DNA from: Lama guanicoe
Taxonomy: Eukaryota
Length of the DNA stretch: 64,000 bases
Direction of reading: 5' to 3'
Assembly (NCBI GenBank): GCA_013239625.1
Contig: MU053933.1
Location: 248,001-312,000, forward strand
Shown: piece after piece, positions 1-42,869 of the stretch
Layout of the letters: each line of letters starts with the position of its first letter
How positions within the stretch are numbered: position 1 is the first letter of the stretch
Position numbers and translations under genes: made by a program
The notes under the pieces: generated by a model
The model's database searches: none
Told to the model about the DNA's origin: nothing
What the model saw: the letters and a program-made list of their open reading frames with translations, nothing else

Positions 1-295
1 CACCTCCACCACTGCCACCACCATCACCCCGTCACTAGCTCCACCACTGCCACCATTGTCATCAGTCACTGTCACCACCCTTACTGACACTATCACTGTC
101 ATCACCATCTCCGCCACTGTCACTACACCCATCACTGTCGCCACTGTCACCATCAGTGTATCACTGTCACTACCTCCACCAGTCACCACTGTTACTGCCA
201 CCACCTCACATCACCGTCACCACTGTCACTACCCCACCACTGTCACCGTCACCACCACCTCCATCCTCAATGACACCATCAGTGTCCTAGTCACA
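1..295. repeat. Degenerate (CAC/CACTGT)n low-complexity repeat
   Basis: Repeated CACCACTGTCAC; explains the Thr/Val-rich ORF 56..310. Confidence 0.9.
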
Positions 296-2511
296 CAGTC
301 CAGAAGCTGATGTCACAGAACCACCACCACGGAGGCATTTGCTGGCTTTACTCTTGAGTGATAAGACCACACGTGACAGTACTTTTTGTGTTTTAATTTT
401 TTTAACATAACAGTTATTCGAAGCAGAGGGAACGACCACACCATTAAGTCATAAAACAGCATCAATTCTAAAAGTTCCTGAACACGTGAAAGTAGTTTAT
501 TTACACTTCTTACCACGTGAGCCGGCCTCCGATGGCCCCTACCCCGGTCCGTGCCCAGCACCGCAGCCGGGCTGCGAGGCTCCCCGCCCTTCGCCCTAGA
601 CCGCGGGCCCAGGAGGACCGGACGCACCGGCGCTCATCCCCGCAGGCACCGCAGTGTGTTTGAGCAACAGAGAATGAAAGGTCAGACAAACGATCCCAGG
701 AACGACCGGGGGAACAGGCTGACGGCTTCAGGGTCAAAAGGGGCTGAGAGCAGACGGAGCCTTGGCAGAGGAGTCCTCCCTCTGCTGCATTTCCCCCCGC
801 GGTGGGCGGAGAGGGGCCCAGAGAGGCCGCCCTGCAGAGGGTCGACCAGACGCAAGTGTCCGCTTCTCTGCAGCAGCGAGGCTTCCGCACCCCGCAATGC
901 GCATCACGCATCCCGTCTGCAAAAACCGACATGCGTGCTCCATGAGGGTGTGAAACTAGAGAAACCCCCGTATAACGGAAATCGCTCACTTTCGGCCGCA
1001 TCTCCGGCCCCGGGTGAGTCTGCGGTGCCTGCCCAGGGCCCCGAGAGAAGGGCGCTGTTGGCTGACCCTGCGGGCTCCTGCTCCAGGCTCTGCTTCTAGG
1101 TGGAAATGGATGGGAGTGAGGAGAGCAAAGCTGCTGGAATCCCAGCTCCTCGGACTGAGAGGGAAGGACTGGGAGTACACGGCGGGGGAGCTGCGTGGGC
1201 TGTGGCCGGCACAGCCGGGTTCCAGGAGAACAAGACACACTTATCACCCAAAGGAGGCAGGGGGTGCTTTTATAATTGCAAAAGCAATCCAAGTTCTTTG
1301 GGGAAAAGTATATAAAATGGAGAACAATGTGAAGATAAGGAATTATCAAAACTTCAACACCAGAAGACCACCGTGTGATTTTTGTCCCTTCTTCGCCCAC
1401 CTCCCTCATTTGTATGATCTGGGTGCGCATTGTGGAAACACACAGACCTTGGAAGCCGGAGTGTGTGCACAGACGCAGTGCGCGCATAGCGGTGCTGCTT
1501 TCTTACAACAAATGTTCACAATTCTATTCAGAATTCTCTGCAAATGTGTCTACAGCCAAGCGCATCACTGAGCTGCCACTAACTTAATCACATTCCTCTG
1601 GCCAGACACTGTGAGGTCCAAACAATCATCTGTAAAATTCTGGAGAGATACAGTCACGCTGCCCTCCAGGAGGACATCCGGTGGCCGGAGCAGCTCCTGA
1701 CAGCAGCACGGTCATTTTGAGTCTTAAGCATCTCCCCTAATTCAATGGCACCTCCTGTGTTAAAGGCTTTTTCTGCGTTTTAAGCACCTGTGTCTTCTCT
1801 TTCATGAATCACCTCTCCTTGGATACACTGGGTTCTTTGGGCTCTTTTCATGGAATGGTTTTTGCCTTTAACAGTTTTTGTTAACTGTAATAACATCTTA
1901 ACATATTTCTCAGCTTTCCTTTTGCTTATTCTTTTGACTTGCAGAAGTTCTAAGTGTTATATTGCTTGTGTGGTCAAATCTTTTGTTTGAAACTTCTTTC
2001 ATTGCTTTTGCACTTAGAAAGTCTCCCCCTCTCAGTGATATGACAGCTATCTTCCTGCATTTTCTTCTGTTTTTGTTTTTCAGAGTGCTTCTTTTTAAAG
2101 TATGTTGAATTATTTAATGCCCCAGACCTTCCTTGAGAACCAGCTTCCAGGTGAGCCCACATCCACCTGCCCCAGGACCATTTCTTCCTCTTGGTCCTCA
2201 ACGCCACCTTCTAATCAGCCCCTGACATCACAAGGGGGCTCCCCCTGCTCTGCTCATTTTTTAGTTACTCCAAAGGGAAGAGTAGGGGCGGGGGCCAGGG
2301 CTATGTTCCTGTCCTGCTGTGATTCCAGAGAGAATATAACTTATAATATAACTTTAGCAACGTTTCCATTTGTTCATTCAGTGCCTCCCATGCGCAGGCA
2401 CTGCCATCAGGGGGGAGTGTCAGACCCCAGCCCTGCCTCCAGGAATCACAGGTCTGCAAGAGAGAGGGGCCTATGGGCCAGTGGGTGGGGGCCCTGGCGG
2501 CAGAGGACTCA

Positions 2512-32398
<29,887 letters not shown>

Positions 32399-32705
32399 CG
32401 CCGACACCTGCCGGGACAGAGAGCCGCGTCAGAGACCAGCGCTTCCCCAAGCCAGGTTCAAAGACAGTTCCTGCCGACGGCCGCCTGGAGCCTGTGTAGG
32501 CGCTGACTCTGTGCTTCAAACACAGCACGAAGCAGGGCCCCCAGGCCGTGGAGCGCGGCTGCCGGCCTTGCAGTGGTCTCTTACCTAAAATGATGCTGCT
32601 TTTAGTAAAAGCCACTGGCTAGTGGCTCTAGATTAGGAAGTCTTCACGAACTTCCCCTTTCCATATCAGCCATCTATTTCCATGTGTAAAAGAAACATAC
32701 CACCA

Positions 32706-32823
32706 TTCGGGGGGTGGGTAACTAGTTTATTTATTTATTTTAACGGAGGCACTGGGGATTGAGCCCAGGACCTCGTGCATGCTAAGCACATGCTCTACCA
32801 CTGAGCTACACCCTCTCCCCGCT
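32706..32823 (-). mobile_element. tRNA-derived SINE (camelid Vic-1-like)
   Basis: Same head as the 4.1 kb copy; 10-bp TSD CATACCACCA at 32696-32705 and 32824-32833. Confidence 0.85.
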
Positions 32824-34649
32824 CATACCACCAATTTTAAAACCCTAGCTTTCACGTTGCCACTCCTATTTGCTTTTCCTCCCTCCCCGGACGGTGACTT
32901 CCTCAAGGGCAACCCCGTCTCACACGATCTCTATTTTTCTCCAGCTGCTGACCTGTGTGTGACACCCAACCGGCACTCACTTCTCTTGGGGACGAAAGCC
33001 ATGCATGACATCAGGGAGGAGAGCCCTCCTGCTCTCCAGGAAGCCTTTATCACATCCAGTCACATCTACCTCCCTGGAGGTTCACCTCAAACACCACCTC
33101 CACAGCAGGCAGCCGCTCTTAAGCCCCTACACATTCATGGGTGATATGAACGTGTTAATCCTGGAACCCCAGATTCCTGACCTATAAAATGGAAATTCAA
33201 ACGCCCACTTCACGTAGTTCCAGGGGAGCATGAAGTGAGAGACACCCAGTACGTGCCACTAAACAGCCGATCCTCTCCCCTCACACTCCCCCACCCGCAC
33301 CTAAGCCAGCCCAGCGCAGCCTCCCTGCACCCCGCTCCTTGTCCAAGCCCCTCTGAATTCCTAGGAGCCCTTCTGGGGAGGCACGCAGGCCGGCACTTCC
33401 TGAATGCTGATTCCACATGCCCTCTGCCCGCTCCCAACCCCGGAGCTTAAAGAACGGAAAGCAGACGATGCAAAGTCCACATGAAGATTCAGACTTGCTG
33501 AACACAGGTTTTACTGAGCAGGAAGAGAACAGCTGAAAATTTCACCACGGAAGTGAATTCGTTCTAAGGAAATGAGACAGAGGTGGGTTCCAATTTGCCC
33601 TTAAAATGCCGAGGACAAATTACCAGGCTGATTCCCCCCGCACGGCGTGGTGCCTTCTTTCCCTGGGAGCACCCATGTAAGTGACAAGGTGTCTCACATG
33701 GCCTTGTTGGCAAGTCTAACTTGGGGTCTCCTGGCTGGTGGGATCTGCAGGCGTGGCTGCGAGCCAGTCTGGAACAGGGGCCACCGCTGGTCATGGAGCA
33801 AAAAGTGAGGAGCGACGCGGCAGAAGAAACAAGTGGAAACCCATTTTTGTGAGCTGCTGAGTGCCCCAGGGGCCTGAGAGCCGGCTGCCCGCCAGTGGGA
33901 ACCCAGCCCACCTGCCAACACCAGCTCCTGGTCGAGGAAGTTCTGAAAGGTGAACAGTGGGGTCTTCAAAGGCAGCCCCCAAACTGCAGCCAGATCACAG
34001 CAGAATCTGGGGTCCCCACAAGGCCCACAGGATCGAGGAATGTGGACACAGGGGGCTGCCCCGGCCCTCCTCATGGACTCTGGCCAAGTCCGAGAGGCCC
34101 TGTGTGGCTGCCTCCCCCCCGCAGCGCCTGCCTTCAGTCTGGCCTCTGGAGGAGGGTCCCCCTCCCCGCAAGAGTCCCCAGGGCACACCTGACGGGAGAG
34201 GACACCCAGCCAGTTTTTGAAGTGGCCGCGGGAAGAAAATGAGAGAGGGAGGGAGGGACACAGCTCCAAGTTTTAGGCTTTTATTCAACTGCACTCTCAT
34301 ATTTACATGTTTGTGTCCTGGGAATAATATCTTTATTAGAAGCATCTGGCCCCTGAAATGTGGGCTCTAAAGTGGTCCTTTCAGCCCAAGAATGTAGCTC
34401 ACAGCCACCCTGGGCGGCAGAACAAGGCAGGAAAGGAGCATTGTGAAGTCTGCTGTCATGGCAAAACTCCCCATGGCACTCAGGTTGCTCCCCTTGGAGA
34501 AGGAAGTCCAGTCTCCAGACTTCTGGGGCATGAAGGAAATTTCAACAAGAAATCGCAGACAGTACTGTTATTGCAGAAATGGTAGGAAAATTCTAAGTCT
34601 GAGATCCGGCCAATTTTAACCACTGACACTGGGGAAACTTACCTTACCC

Positions 34650-34836
34650 CAGTGGTTCTCAAAGTGTGGTCCCTGGACCAGCAAATAGGAGCACCAGTGC
34701 CACCTGGGCATTCCTCATTTCTCGGAAACGCCAATTCTCGGGCACCTCCCCAGGCCTCTCTGGGCGGGGGCCCCGCACTGCGTGTTTTCACGAACCGCCA
34801 GGTTATTCTGATGCAGCTGGAGTCTGAGAACCACTG
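34650..34836 (+). mobile_element. MER5A hAT-Charlie MITE
   Basis: Perfect 12-bp terminal inverted repeats CAGTGGTTCTCA / TGAGAACCACTG. Confidence 0.8.
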
Positions 34837-35079
34837 CGTAACCTTAAATCTTTGTCAAATTGTATGATCAGCACAACAAAAGGCAAACAAACTGACCACA
34901 ACTGTGATCGCTGGAGCACCAGAGCAGTAACAGGACCAGAAAGCCAGGACTACTGTGAAGTTAGCCGGGCTCAGGGCCACCTGCGTGGCACTCGGTGGAC
35001 ACGGGAAACAAGGGGGGCTCAGGCCAGGTGTTCCCCACGACACCTGGCGGTCACACGCAGCCCTGGAGATGACAGCTGT

Positions 35080-36250
35080 TAGAAACAACCCTGAAGTGAG
35101 AGGAATCAGTCCACCCGATTCAAGCTTAATTATAAAGCTGCAGTAATGAGGTATTGGTGGTACTTGTCACCGGTGGAAGGAGACACACAGGTCAGCGGAA
35201 GTGGAGAACGGCCCCACACAAACACGCTGAACTGATTCCTGACCAAGGGTAAAGGCAGTTCAGTGCAGGAAGGACGGTCTTTTCAACAAACGGTGCTGGA
35301 AAAACTGGACATCCTGAGGCAAAAAAAATAAAAGAACTGTGACCTACGACCTCACATCTTATACAAGATTAACTCATAACGAATTACAGACTTAAAACAA
35401 AACAGAAAAAAAGTGTTTTAAAAAATTGAAAATCTTTGAGATCTAGGGCTAGCCAGTTTTTAGAGTTGTCACCAAAAGCATAGTTTATTAGAGGCAAATT
35501 GATCAATGGGACTTGACCAAAATTGAAAAGTTTTGCTCTGCAAAAGATGTTGTGAAGAGGATGAATAAAGTAAAGACCAGGAGACATTTTTTGCAAACCA
35601 CGAATCCATATCTAGAATATGCAAAGAGCTCTCAAAACTCAACAGTAAATAGCTATTAAAAAAAGAATGAAACAATGCCACTTGCAGCAACATGGATGGA
35701 CCTAGAGATGATCATACTGAGTGAAGTCACACAGAGAAAGACAAATATCATATGATATCACTTATATGTGGAATCTAAAAAAAGATACAAATTCTATTTA
35801 TAAACCAAAAACCAACTCATAGGTATAGAAAACAAACTATGGTTACCAAAGGGGAAAGGGTGGGGAGGGGTAAATTAGGAGTTGGGGATTAACAGACACA
35901 CATTACTGTGTATAAAATAGATAAACAACAAGGACCTACTGTATAGCACAGGAAACTATAATCATTTTCTTGTAACAACATGATGAAAGGGAATCTGAAA
36001 AGAAAATACGTATGTGCGTATAACTGAATCACTTCACTGTACACCTGAAACTAACACTGAAAATCAACTACACTTCAATAAAATTTTTTTTGCAAAACTT
36101 CAACAGTAAAAATGCAAACAATCCAATTAGAAAGTGGGCAAAAGACATGAATAGACATGTCACCAAAGAAAACACCAGAATGGCAGATACGCACATGAAA
36201 AGATGTCCAACATCATTTGCCGTCAGGGAAACGCCAGGCAAAGCCACAAG
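35080..36250 (+). mobile_element. Old L1M ORF2/3' fragment interrupted by a younger L1 3' end
   Basis: Typical L1 motifs (TTTTCAACAAACGGTGCTGGAAAAACTGG, AAAGTGGGCAAAAGACATGAATAGACA). Confidence 0.75.
35650..36092 (+). mobile_element. Younger 5'-truncated LINE-1 3' end, nested
   Basis: GCAGCAACATGGATGGACCTAGAG...AATCAACTACACTTCAATAAA; flanked by near-duplicate CAAAACT(T)CAACAGTAAA. Confidence 0.8.
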
Positions 36251-36299
36251 GAGACGCCACTACGCATGCGCAGGATGGCGGGACACACGTCGCCCCTGC

Positions 36300-36850
36300 C
36301 TCTAGCTTGTCTTCATCGCCTTCATGCGGTGCTTTATAGAACACAGGTTTTTAATTTTGACAAAATCCAACATACTGATCTTTCTTTTGATGGACTGTGC
36401 CTTTGGGGTCAGATCTAAGGTCTCTGCACCAGCCCTGCCCCTGAGGACTTCCTCCTGTGTTTCTTAGAAAAGTCTTCAGAGTTTTACCTTTTACATTTCA
36501 GTCTACTATCCAATTTGAGTTAATTTTTGTTTAAGACATGAGGCTGGGGTCCGGCTGCATCAGCACCATTGAGTTGCGTCCGCTCCATTGTCAAAAACCG
36601 GCTGGCCCTGTTTGTGTGGGTCTGTTTCTGGGTCCTCCCTCCTGTTCCACTCATCTCTGTGCCCACCCTCCTCCAGCACTACGCTGGTGGGGATCAGTCA
36701 ATACAGTCTTGATTCCCTTTGCTTGGTAATAAGTCTTAAAATTGGGTAGAGTGGTTCCTCCCACTGTCGTCTTTTCCAAATCTGTTTTAGCTGTTCCCAT
36801 TCCTTTGCTTTCAGAACAATCTTGCCTATATCCACAAAAAAAATCCTACT
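36300..36850 (-). mobile_element. Old L1M fragment, antisense
   Basis: Reverse-complement similarity to 35150-35580. Confidence 0.65.
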
Positions 36851-36855
36851 GGGAT

Positions 36856-37050
36856 CCACATATGTAATTTTGGTGACATTTTATTCAATAGAACATATTC
36901 AAAATATTATCATTTCACACATAGTATTAAAAAAATTAATGATTTTTTTCACACTAAGTCTTACATATCTGTGTGTATTTTATACTTACAGCTGATTTTC
37001 ATTCGGCTCTGCCACATCTCAAGGGCTCAGGAGCCAGTCCCAGTCCAGGG
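36856..37050 (+). mobile_element. MER33-like hAT-Charlie DNA transposon fragment
   Basis: CCACATATGTAATTTT...CAAAATATTATCATTTCA...ACTAAGTCTT...GTGTGTATTTTATACTTACAGC matches recalled consensus. Confidence 0.65.
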
Positions 37051-40000
37051 GCTCAGGGAATTGTTTTTAAGCAAGAGGGACATTTTCCCACTGGGCACGT
37101 ACCCTCATGATGATATTGAAAACATTAAGAGGAAAAATGACGAAAGGGTAAAAGCAAACAAGTGAGAGCAATTTTCAGACATGAGCTGCAAACAGTCCTG
37201 AAAGATGCTCTGTGGAGGAGGAGGAGGGATTTCATGGCCAATAAATCTGTGAAACATCTCAGATTCTCATTCTGGAGTCTTGATACACAATGCACTTTAA
37301 AGGCCCTGAGAAGTCCCGCAATAAGAATCTACTGAAATGTGTTTAGACCAGCAGTTCCTGAATTTATCTGCACACACTGATCAGCGTGCTAGAGACTCGT
37401 GGTCCTGAGCAGACTCTGGGTACGTCAGAAGGAGGGAAGGGTCAGGTCCTGCTGGGAGAGGACGGATGCCAGGGCCCAGCCGCCGGTGACTGGCAGAGAC
37501 GACCTCCAGTGAGTTACTTCCCCTCCGTGGGCCTTGGTTTCCTTGTCTGCACAAAATGAGGGCTGGACTATCTACTCTGAGCCCCCTTCCATCCTGCATA
37601 GGCACAATTCTGACGTTCATCATTAGGAGTTTCCTAGAATGGTGCCTGGGAGGTAAATCCTTGGAGAGGACTTGCAGTGTCTGCAAATGTCATTATTTCA
37701 ATCTCACACGACAGCAGCCTTGCCTGGGACACGGTCAGTTTCCTGTAGAAAGTGGGACTCCATCGTCCTTCAGGTTCCAGTGTCCCCACTGAGGAGTCTG
37801 GTGACTTCCTAGCAGGCAAACCTTTTGTTTGAGATGCCCCAGCCCCCGGATCTCTTAGACCCACGGTTGCAGCTCCAGTGACCTGAAGGCTCAGCCAGCC
37901 TTGATGCTCAGCACGGACTGGCCTCTTCAGCCCAGCACTCCTGCCCTCTGGGCCTCAGATCTTCTTGTGCTATTTCTTTCATAATTTCTCGGTTCCTCTT
38001 TCTAAGCCTCTTAGTTTCACCAGACAACATCGATTTTTCTGATTTTTCGCATCTGATTCTTTAAGAGGATTTCTGAGCAGAGAGGGTGAGAGAGAGGTCT
38101 GCACTCTGCTGTCTTAAAAATGGAAACTGAGCTGGCATCGACCTGCTCGGGCTGATAAGAACTCTGACGGGCAGTCACCTTTTTGCTTAACACAAAAGAG
38201 GGGAGGTGGTAAGGCCCGACTCCTGGGCCCTTGTAAGACAGACAGGGTATTTTAAAACTAGGCACCCTGGGAGCTTTGGTGGTGAGAAGATCTCCACACA
38301 TTCGCAGCATAAGAGTGGGAGCACAGTGGGTGGCAGCAGAAGCTGCAGAGAAGAAAGTCCAGAGGGGTCAGATGTGCGGGAGAAAGGGAGCCCGGGGGAC
38401 TGAGGAGGTGGCGGGGGCGGGATCAATGGACAGAACCGAAGCGGCCTGGTCGGAGCAGGGATTTTGTAAACCTCCTCACTAAAATGGGACCAAGATTGCA
38501 TTTACAGTTTTGGTCACAATAAAAGGCAAACTTACTATAACCAATTAGCATATATACTTTTTAAACTTACAAAAGACCAAAGGCCTTGAGTTCAAAAACA
38601 CTGGCAGCACTCCTTCCCAAAGACAGACTCCTTGTCCAGCAGGCAGGGTCCCTCCTCCCTGGGAGCCACTGGGGAGGAGCGGTCCTCCACATTACCCCGT
38701 GCAGGCCCCTCGCACGATCGTGACTTAAGGACACTCGACTTGAAACACTTACGACGAGTCTGCCTCCAGCCGCACCACGGAGGAAGGCCAGCTTGTTGAG
38801 GGCTTTCTGATGGCCCCCTCAGGACACTGATGCTCCAGCTGGAGAAGCAGATGGTGCTTACTGCCAAACACAAGCCAAGCCCAGCCAACAGCATCTCTCA
38901 GGTAAAGAAAGGTGTCGCCTCTGAGAAGCCTAAGCTTCAATTTTCTGTACGTTTGCAGAAATATGACCCCACAGGCTCTGGGAGACTCCAGGGGAGGATG
39001 CAGAGTCGGGCTTCTTCAGATTTTCTTAGGACGAGAGGCCTCAACGGGGCCCCTGCCACGGCCCTGAGTGGCCCCCACCCCATTACAGCCCAGGGTTCCT
39101 CTCCACCCCAACTTACCCACGACCAGCTTCCCAGCCTCCACGGACCCTTCCTCTTGCTTCTTCTTGCAGAAGCTTCCTACGTCCATCTGTCAAACTCCTT
39201 TAAAGTCTAAGCCAAATGGACCCTCGTCTCTGAAGGCCTCTCGGCCACGCCTGTCACACGGTACATGGGCACGCTGCGCCCACTTCCCGACCCCACAGGG
39301 GGCCCCACCCCTGCACCCTCCTTAGTACACCCCTCCCTCTGCTGCAGAGTTACACGCCCAGATTATTCCCACCAGCCTCCAACAGAGCTCGCTCATGAAA
39401 ACAGACAAAAAAGTTTTCAACTGCTCACCTTTACTTTAAACAGCTGCAAGCATATTACAAATATTAACTGCTTAAAATAAAACTATTACGTGGCTCTTCT
39501 AAATATGTCTATGGGAATCAAAGCCCTGCAGTGTGATGTCCCTGCCACCCAGTCACAAGGCACACGGACAAGCTCTTCCTCGACAGGAGGCTCACAGCAC
39601 TGCTGTCCCCAGCGCCGCCTCCCTGGCCCCCACCACTACAGATGTTAAACTCAACGTGATGTATTTGTGCCTGAAGTGACTACTGACCACACTATAATTA
39701 TGCACATGGATGAAATCAGTCTTGGTTTCCTGAGACCGTAAGTTTGTGCTCATTTCTTCTGGACTGAGTTATCCGTCCAATAAGTGGGCCGCCACTGGTC
39801 AACACGGAAACACTGCGCGCACTGGTAAGGGTCACCTGACCGGGAAGCTGTGTCTGAGCAGGTGAACAGGACTTTTCCCCCCAGTCCGTCCACATCTCAT
39901 GGAATCCCATTCAACTCTATTCCTGTTCTTTGTTTTTACGCGCGTGCAGGAAACCTTGCTCCAGTGACAAGGAACTGGAACAGAAGAGCTTTGTCACAGC

Positions 40001-40329
40001 AACCGCTTACCCACGACCACGTGCCTAGGGTCTCTCATGCCCTGTGGAGTCACTCCTGATACCCACACATTCGTGGGGACCCAGAGCATCCCACAGCCCA
40101 CACTGAGACTGGGAATAGGGGTTGCCTTCTGAATAGTGAGAGGGACCCTTCCTTAGGACCGGAGAACTTAAGGAAGGTGAGGACCAGGACCCTGGGCCCT
40201 GGGCAAGGGTTCCTCCCACCCCAAGGGGCAGTTCGAAGATGACACAGGTACATGCAGCCTTGATTCCCCCGACCACTCCCCAACCTGCACACCTGTTATC
40301 CACACCTCCCGGTGACCCCTGCCAACTCT

Positions 40330-40900
40330 CCAACCAAACCAGCAGCAAGGCCTGCCTCCTCATTTCCCTTTCTGCCTCCACCTAGTTTTGAGGGGAATCT
40401 TGTTGGGCCTGGACTCTCCACATGGCAGCCACAGAGTTCTCTCTAAAAGGACACAGATCCTGCTCCACCCCTGCCCAAAGACCCCGTGGTGTCTGCTTGG
40501 CTCTCAGGATAAACTCTGAATAGAGTACAGCCCGTGCTGCCCTCCTGCACTTCGCCAACTCAGCTGCCCAAAGCGTGTTACCACCCCAGGTCCTTTGCAC
40601 TTGCCTTCTGTCTCCCCGTGACACCCTCACCCCAGATCTCCACTGAGGGCCTCACAGCACTGGTCTCCATTCAAATGCCCCCTGCTCAGACAGACCTTTC
40701 TAGTCCCAGCTGCCCAAGTGTGCCCTCCCCTGCCCTCCTCCATCTGCCATCCTTCCTGCCTTCTTCTCCAGGCTCTAACACTGCCCAGCTCCCTCCCTCC
40801 CTCCCTCTGGAACATTCGGTCCACCAGGCAGGGCCTTCTCTCTTCGCTGCAACACCCAGCAACTGGTAGCTGCACACTGATTATGTATCTGTTGAACGGA
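40330..40900 (+). mobile_element. L2 fragment
   Basis: Pyrimidine-rich L2 3' region ending TCTGTTGAACGGATG. Confidence 0.5.
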
Positions 40901-42408
40901 TGGCCAGTGAACACACACACGCTAATGAGCCCTGTGAGAGGGGCTGGATAGCGTTCATCACACATCACAGCTGTGAAAGGCAGGCTGAGAAAGTGCGTGA
41001 GTCATTGCTCAGGAGCTCGGCCTCTGAAGTCACATGTGCAAGAAACAGTTGCCTTCAGTCTCCCTTAAATCTGCTAAATGGGAGGAGTGTTTTTCTCCTG
41101 GCCTTCCACACAGACGACAATATCAAAAGAATGATGGTTGATAGGTATAGCCTAGGCTAGTGGAGGTCTTTCTCAGACATAATTATTCCCAGAAAAGCTA
41201 TTAGCCTTGCAATTGGGGGTGATTTTTGAATTTACATATTGGTCTCCTGGAAAAAATAACTCCTCCTCCTGCTTACAAAATGGGATCTATTATTGTAGTC
41301 TTTGTTGGCAACTCTTCTGCAAAAATATGAATCAAGGATATCAGGAGAAAAAAACTCTATAAAGGATACATTTTACTGTTTTTCCCTTTCAAAATTCAAA
41401 CTATAGTTCTATTTCCTAACCATTCACCATAGAGCAGTGATGCTAAGGAAACCCAGAGCAGAGTGGAGCAGTGAAAATGTGGAAAGTGTGAAAACGTTCA
41501 GGTCTGAAACAAAATACTGTGTTGGTGTGTGCGTGCCAGGTAGGGGTGGGGGGAGGCTCACTTATAAATACAAAGTGTCTACTTCGCCGCGCTCTGCAGG
41601 CAGTTATCACTGTTGCCTTCTAAGACCTGTCACAAAACCAGTTGCTCATTTACTTTCCATCCTTAAAAATACCTCCAGGAATCAAGTTGGGTTCTCCAAA
41701 TATATCTGGTGAGTCCAGATTTTATGAGAGTGTCTTAAGCAAAAGTGGTTTTTGTGGGTTGGCAGCTTTAAATACGTACATGGGTCATTGAGTCTCTGAT
41801 ACACACTTGTTTCTACCATTTTAATCTATCCTTGATGGGGAGGAGGCAATTTCTGAGCTTTTGTGGAAAAAAACCTAACCCACTACATTAAGAGCTGAAT
41901 AAACACACAATAACTATAGAACTATTAAGAGGTGGGTATCTCCAGAATGCATTTCCACTTTTGTCTTCTCAAACTGACCCTTACCGCGAATACCTGTCCC
42001 TCTCGCCAGAGGCCACATGGCCAGCTTGTCCACCTGTCCGCGCCCGGCGGGGGGGGGGGCGCCCCTTCCTAGCACAGCCACCCACCCCGAGAGCGGGCAC
42101 ATGTCACCTGTCCCTGGATTTCACTACCTCGCCTCTGCCACCCAAGGGTTTACACAAACGGGGCCGAGGGTGCTCTTGGGGGGCCTGGGCAGCTCCATCG
42201 CCTGAATCCAGGCATCTGTTTTTCTAACCGCTGGAGCCCGGGGTCCGGGGAGCCTCCCCGCGCGCCCCTGGGGGCTGGGCCCAGGACGGGGAGCGTGACA
42301 TCACGAGGGACCGTCGGCGACGAGGGCGCCCGGGGGCGGGACCGCGGGCCGGGGGCCGGGGGCGGAGGAGCCCCCGGCCCCGCGCCCACGGGCGAGCGCG
42401 GCCCGAGG

Positions 42409-42669
42409 NNNNNNNNNNNNNNNNNNNNNNNNNNNNNNNNNNNNNNNNNNNNNNNNNNNNNNNNNNNNNNNNNNNNNNNNNNNNNNNNNNNNNNNNNNNN
42501 NNNNNNNNNNNNNNNNNNNNNNNNNNNNNNNNNNNNNNNNNNNNNNNNNNNNNNNNNNNNNNNNNNNNNNNNNNNNNNNNNNNNNNNNNNNNNNNNNNNN
42601 NNNNNNNNNNNNNNNNNNNNNNNNNNNNNNNNNNNNNNNNNNNNNNNNNNNNNNNNNNNNNNNNNNNNN
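42409..42669. other. Assembly gap (261 N) inside the CpG island; further gaps at 21233-21257 and 60223-60262
   Basis: N runs. Confidence 1.
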
Positions 42670-42748
42670 GCGCGCGGGGGCGGCGGGCCGGGCCGGGCCG
42701 GGGCGGCGCGCGCGGGGGCGGGCGGCGGGCGCGGGGCCCGGGCTTTAC

Positions 42749-42850
42749 CTGCCTTTGGAATGTGCAGAGCGGGATCGGATCCGGACTCCGGGTTGCGATC
42801 CGCTCCGGAAACTGCGCAGCACCGGAAGCCGCGGGGCGGCGGCGGGGCAT
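42749..42850 (-). other. PRDM15: PRDM15 exon 1 (5' UTR, or coding from upstream ATG: MPRRRPAASGAAQFPERIATRSPDPIPLCTFQRQ)
   Basis: Donor CAG|GTAAAG at 42749/42748 within a CpG island. The 34 codons from ATG 42850 match the recalled N-terminus of the longer human isoforms. True TSS unknown. Confidence 0.85.
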
Positions 42851-42865
42851 TGTGGGAGTTGTAGT
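42847..42865 (-). promoter_or_regulatory. ZNF143/THAP11 composite (SBS) motif ACTACAACTCCCACAATGC
   Basis: Fits the ACTACAnnTCCCAnnATGC consensus, adjacent to exon 1. Confidence 0.8.
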
Positions 42866-42869
42866 TCTC

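Noticed and set aside
56-310. Thr/Val-rich mucin-like ORF
   Set aside because: Translation of a low-complexity CAC repeat.
510-1487. 325-aa minus-strand ORF and CpG-rich patch in intron 21
   Set aside because: It does not match the expected next PRDM15 exon (VLAVRIDD...) or any known family. It may be a decayed DNA transposon, but I cannot assign it.
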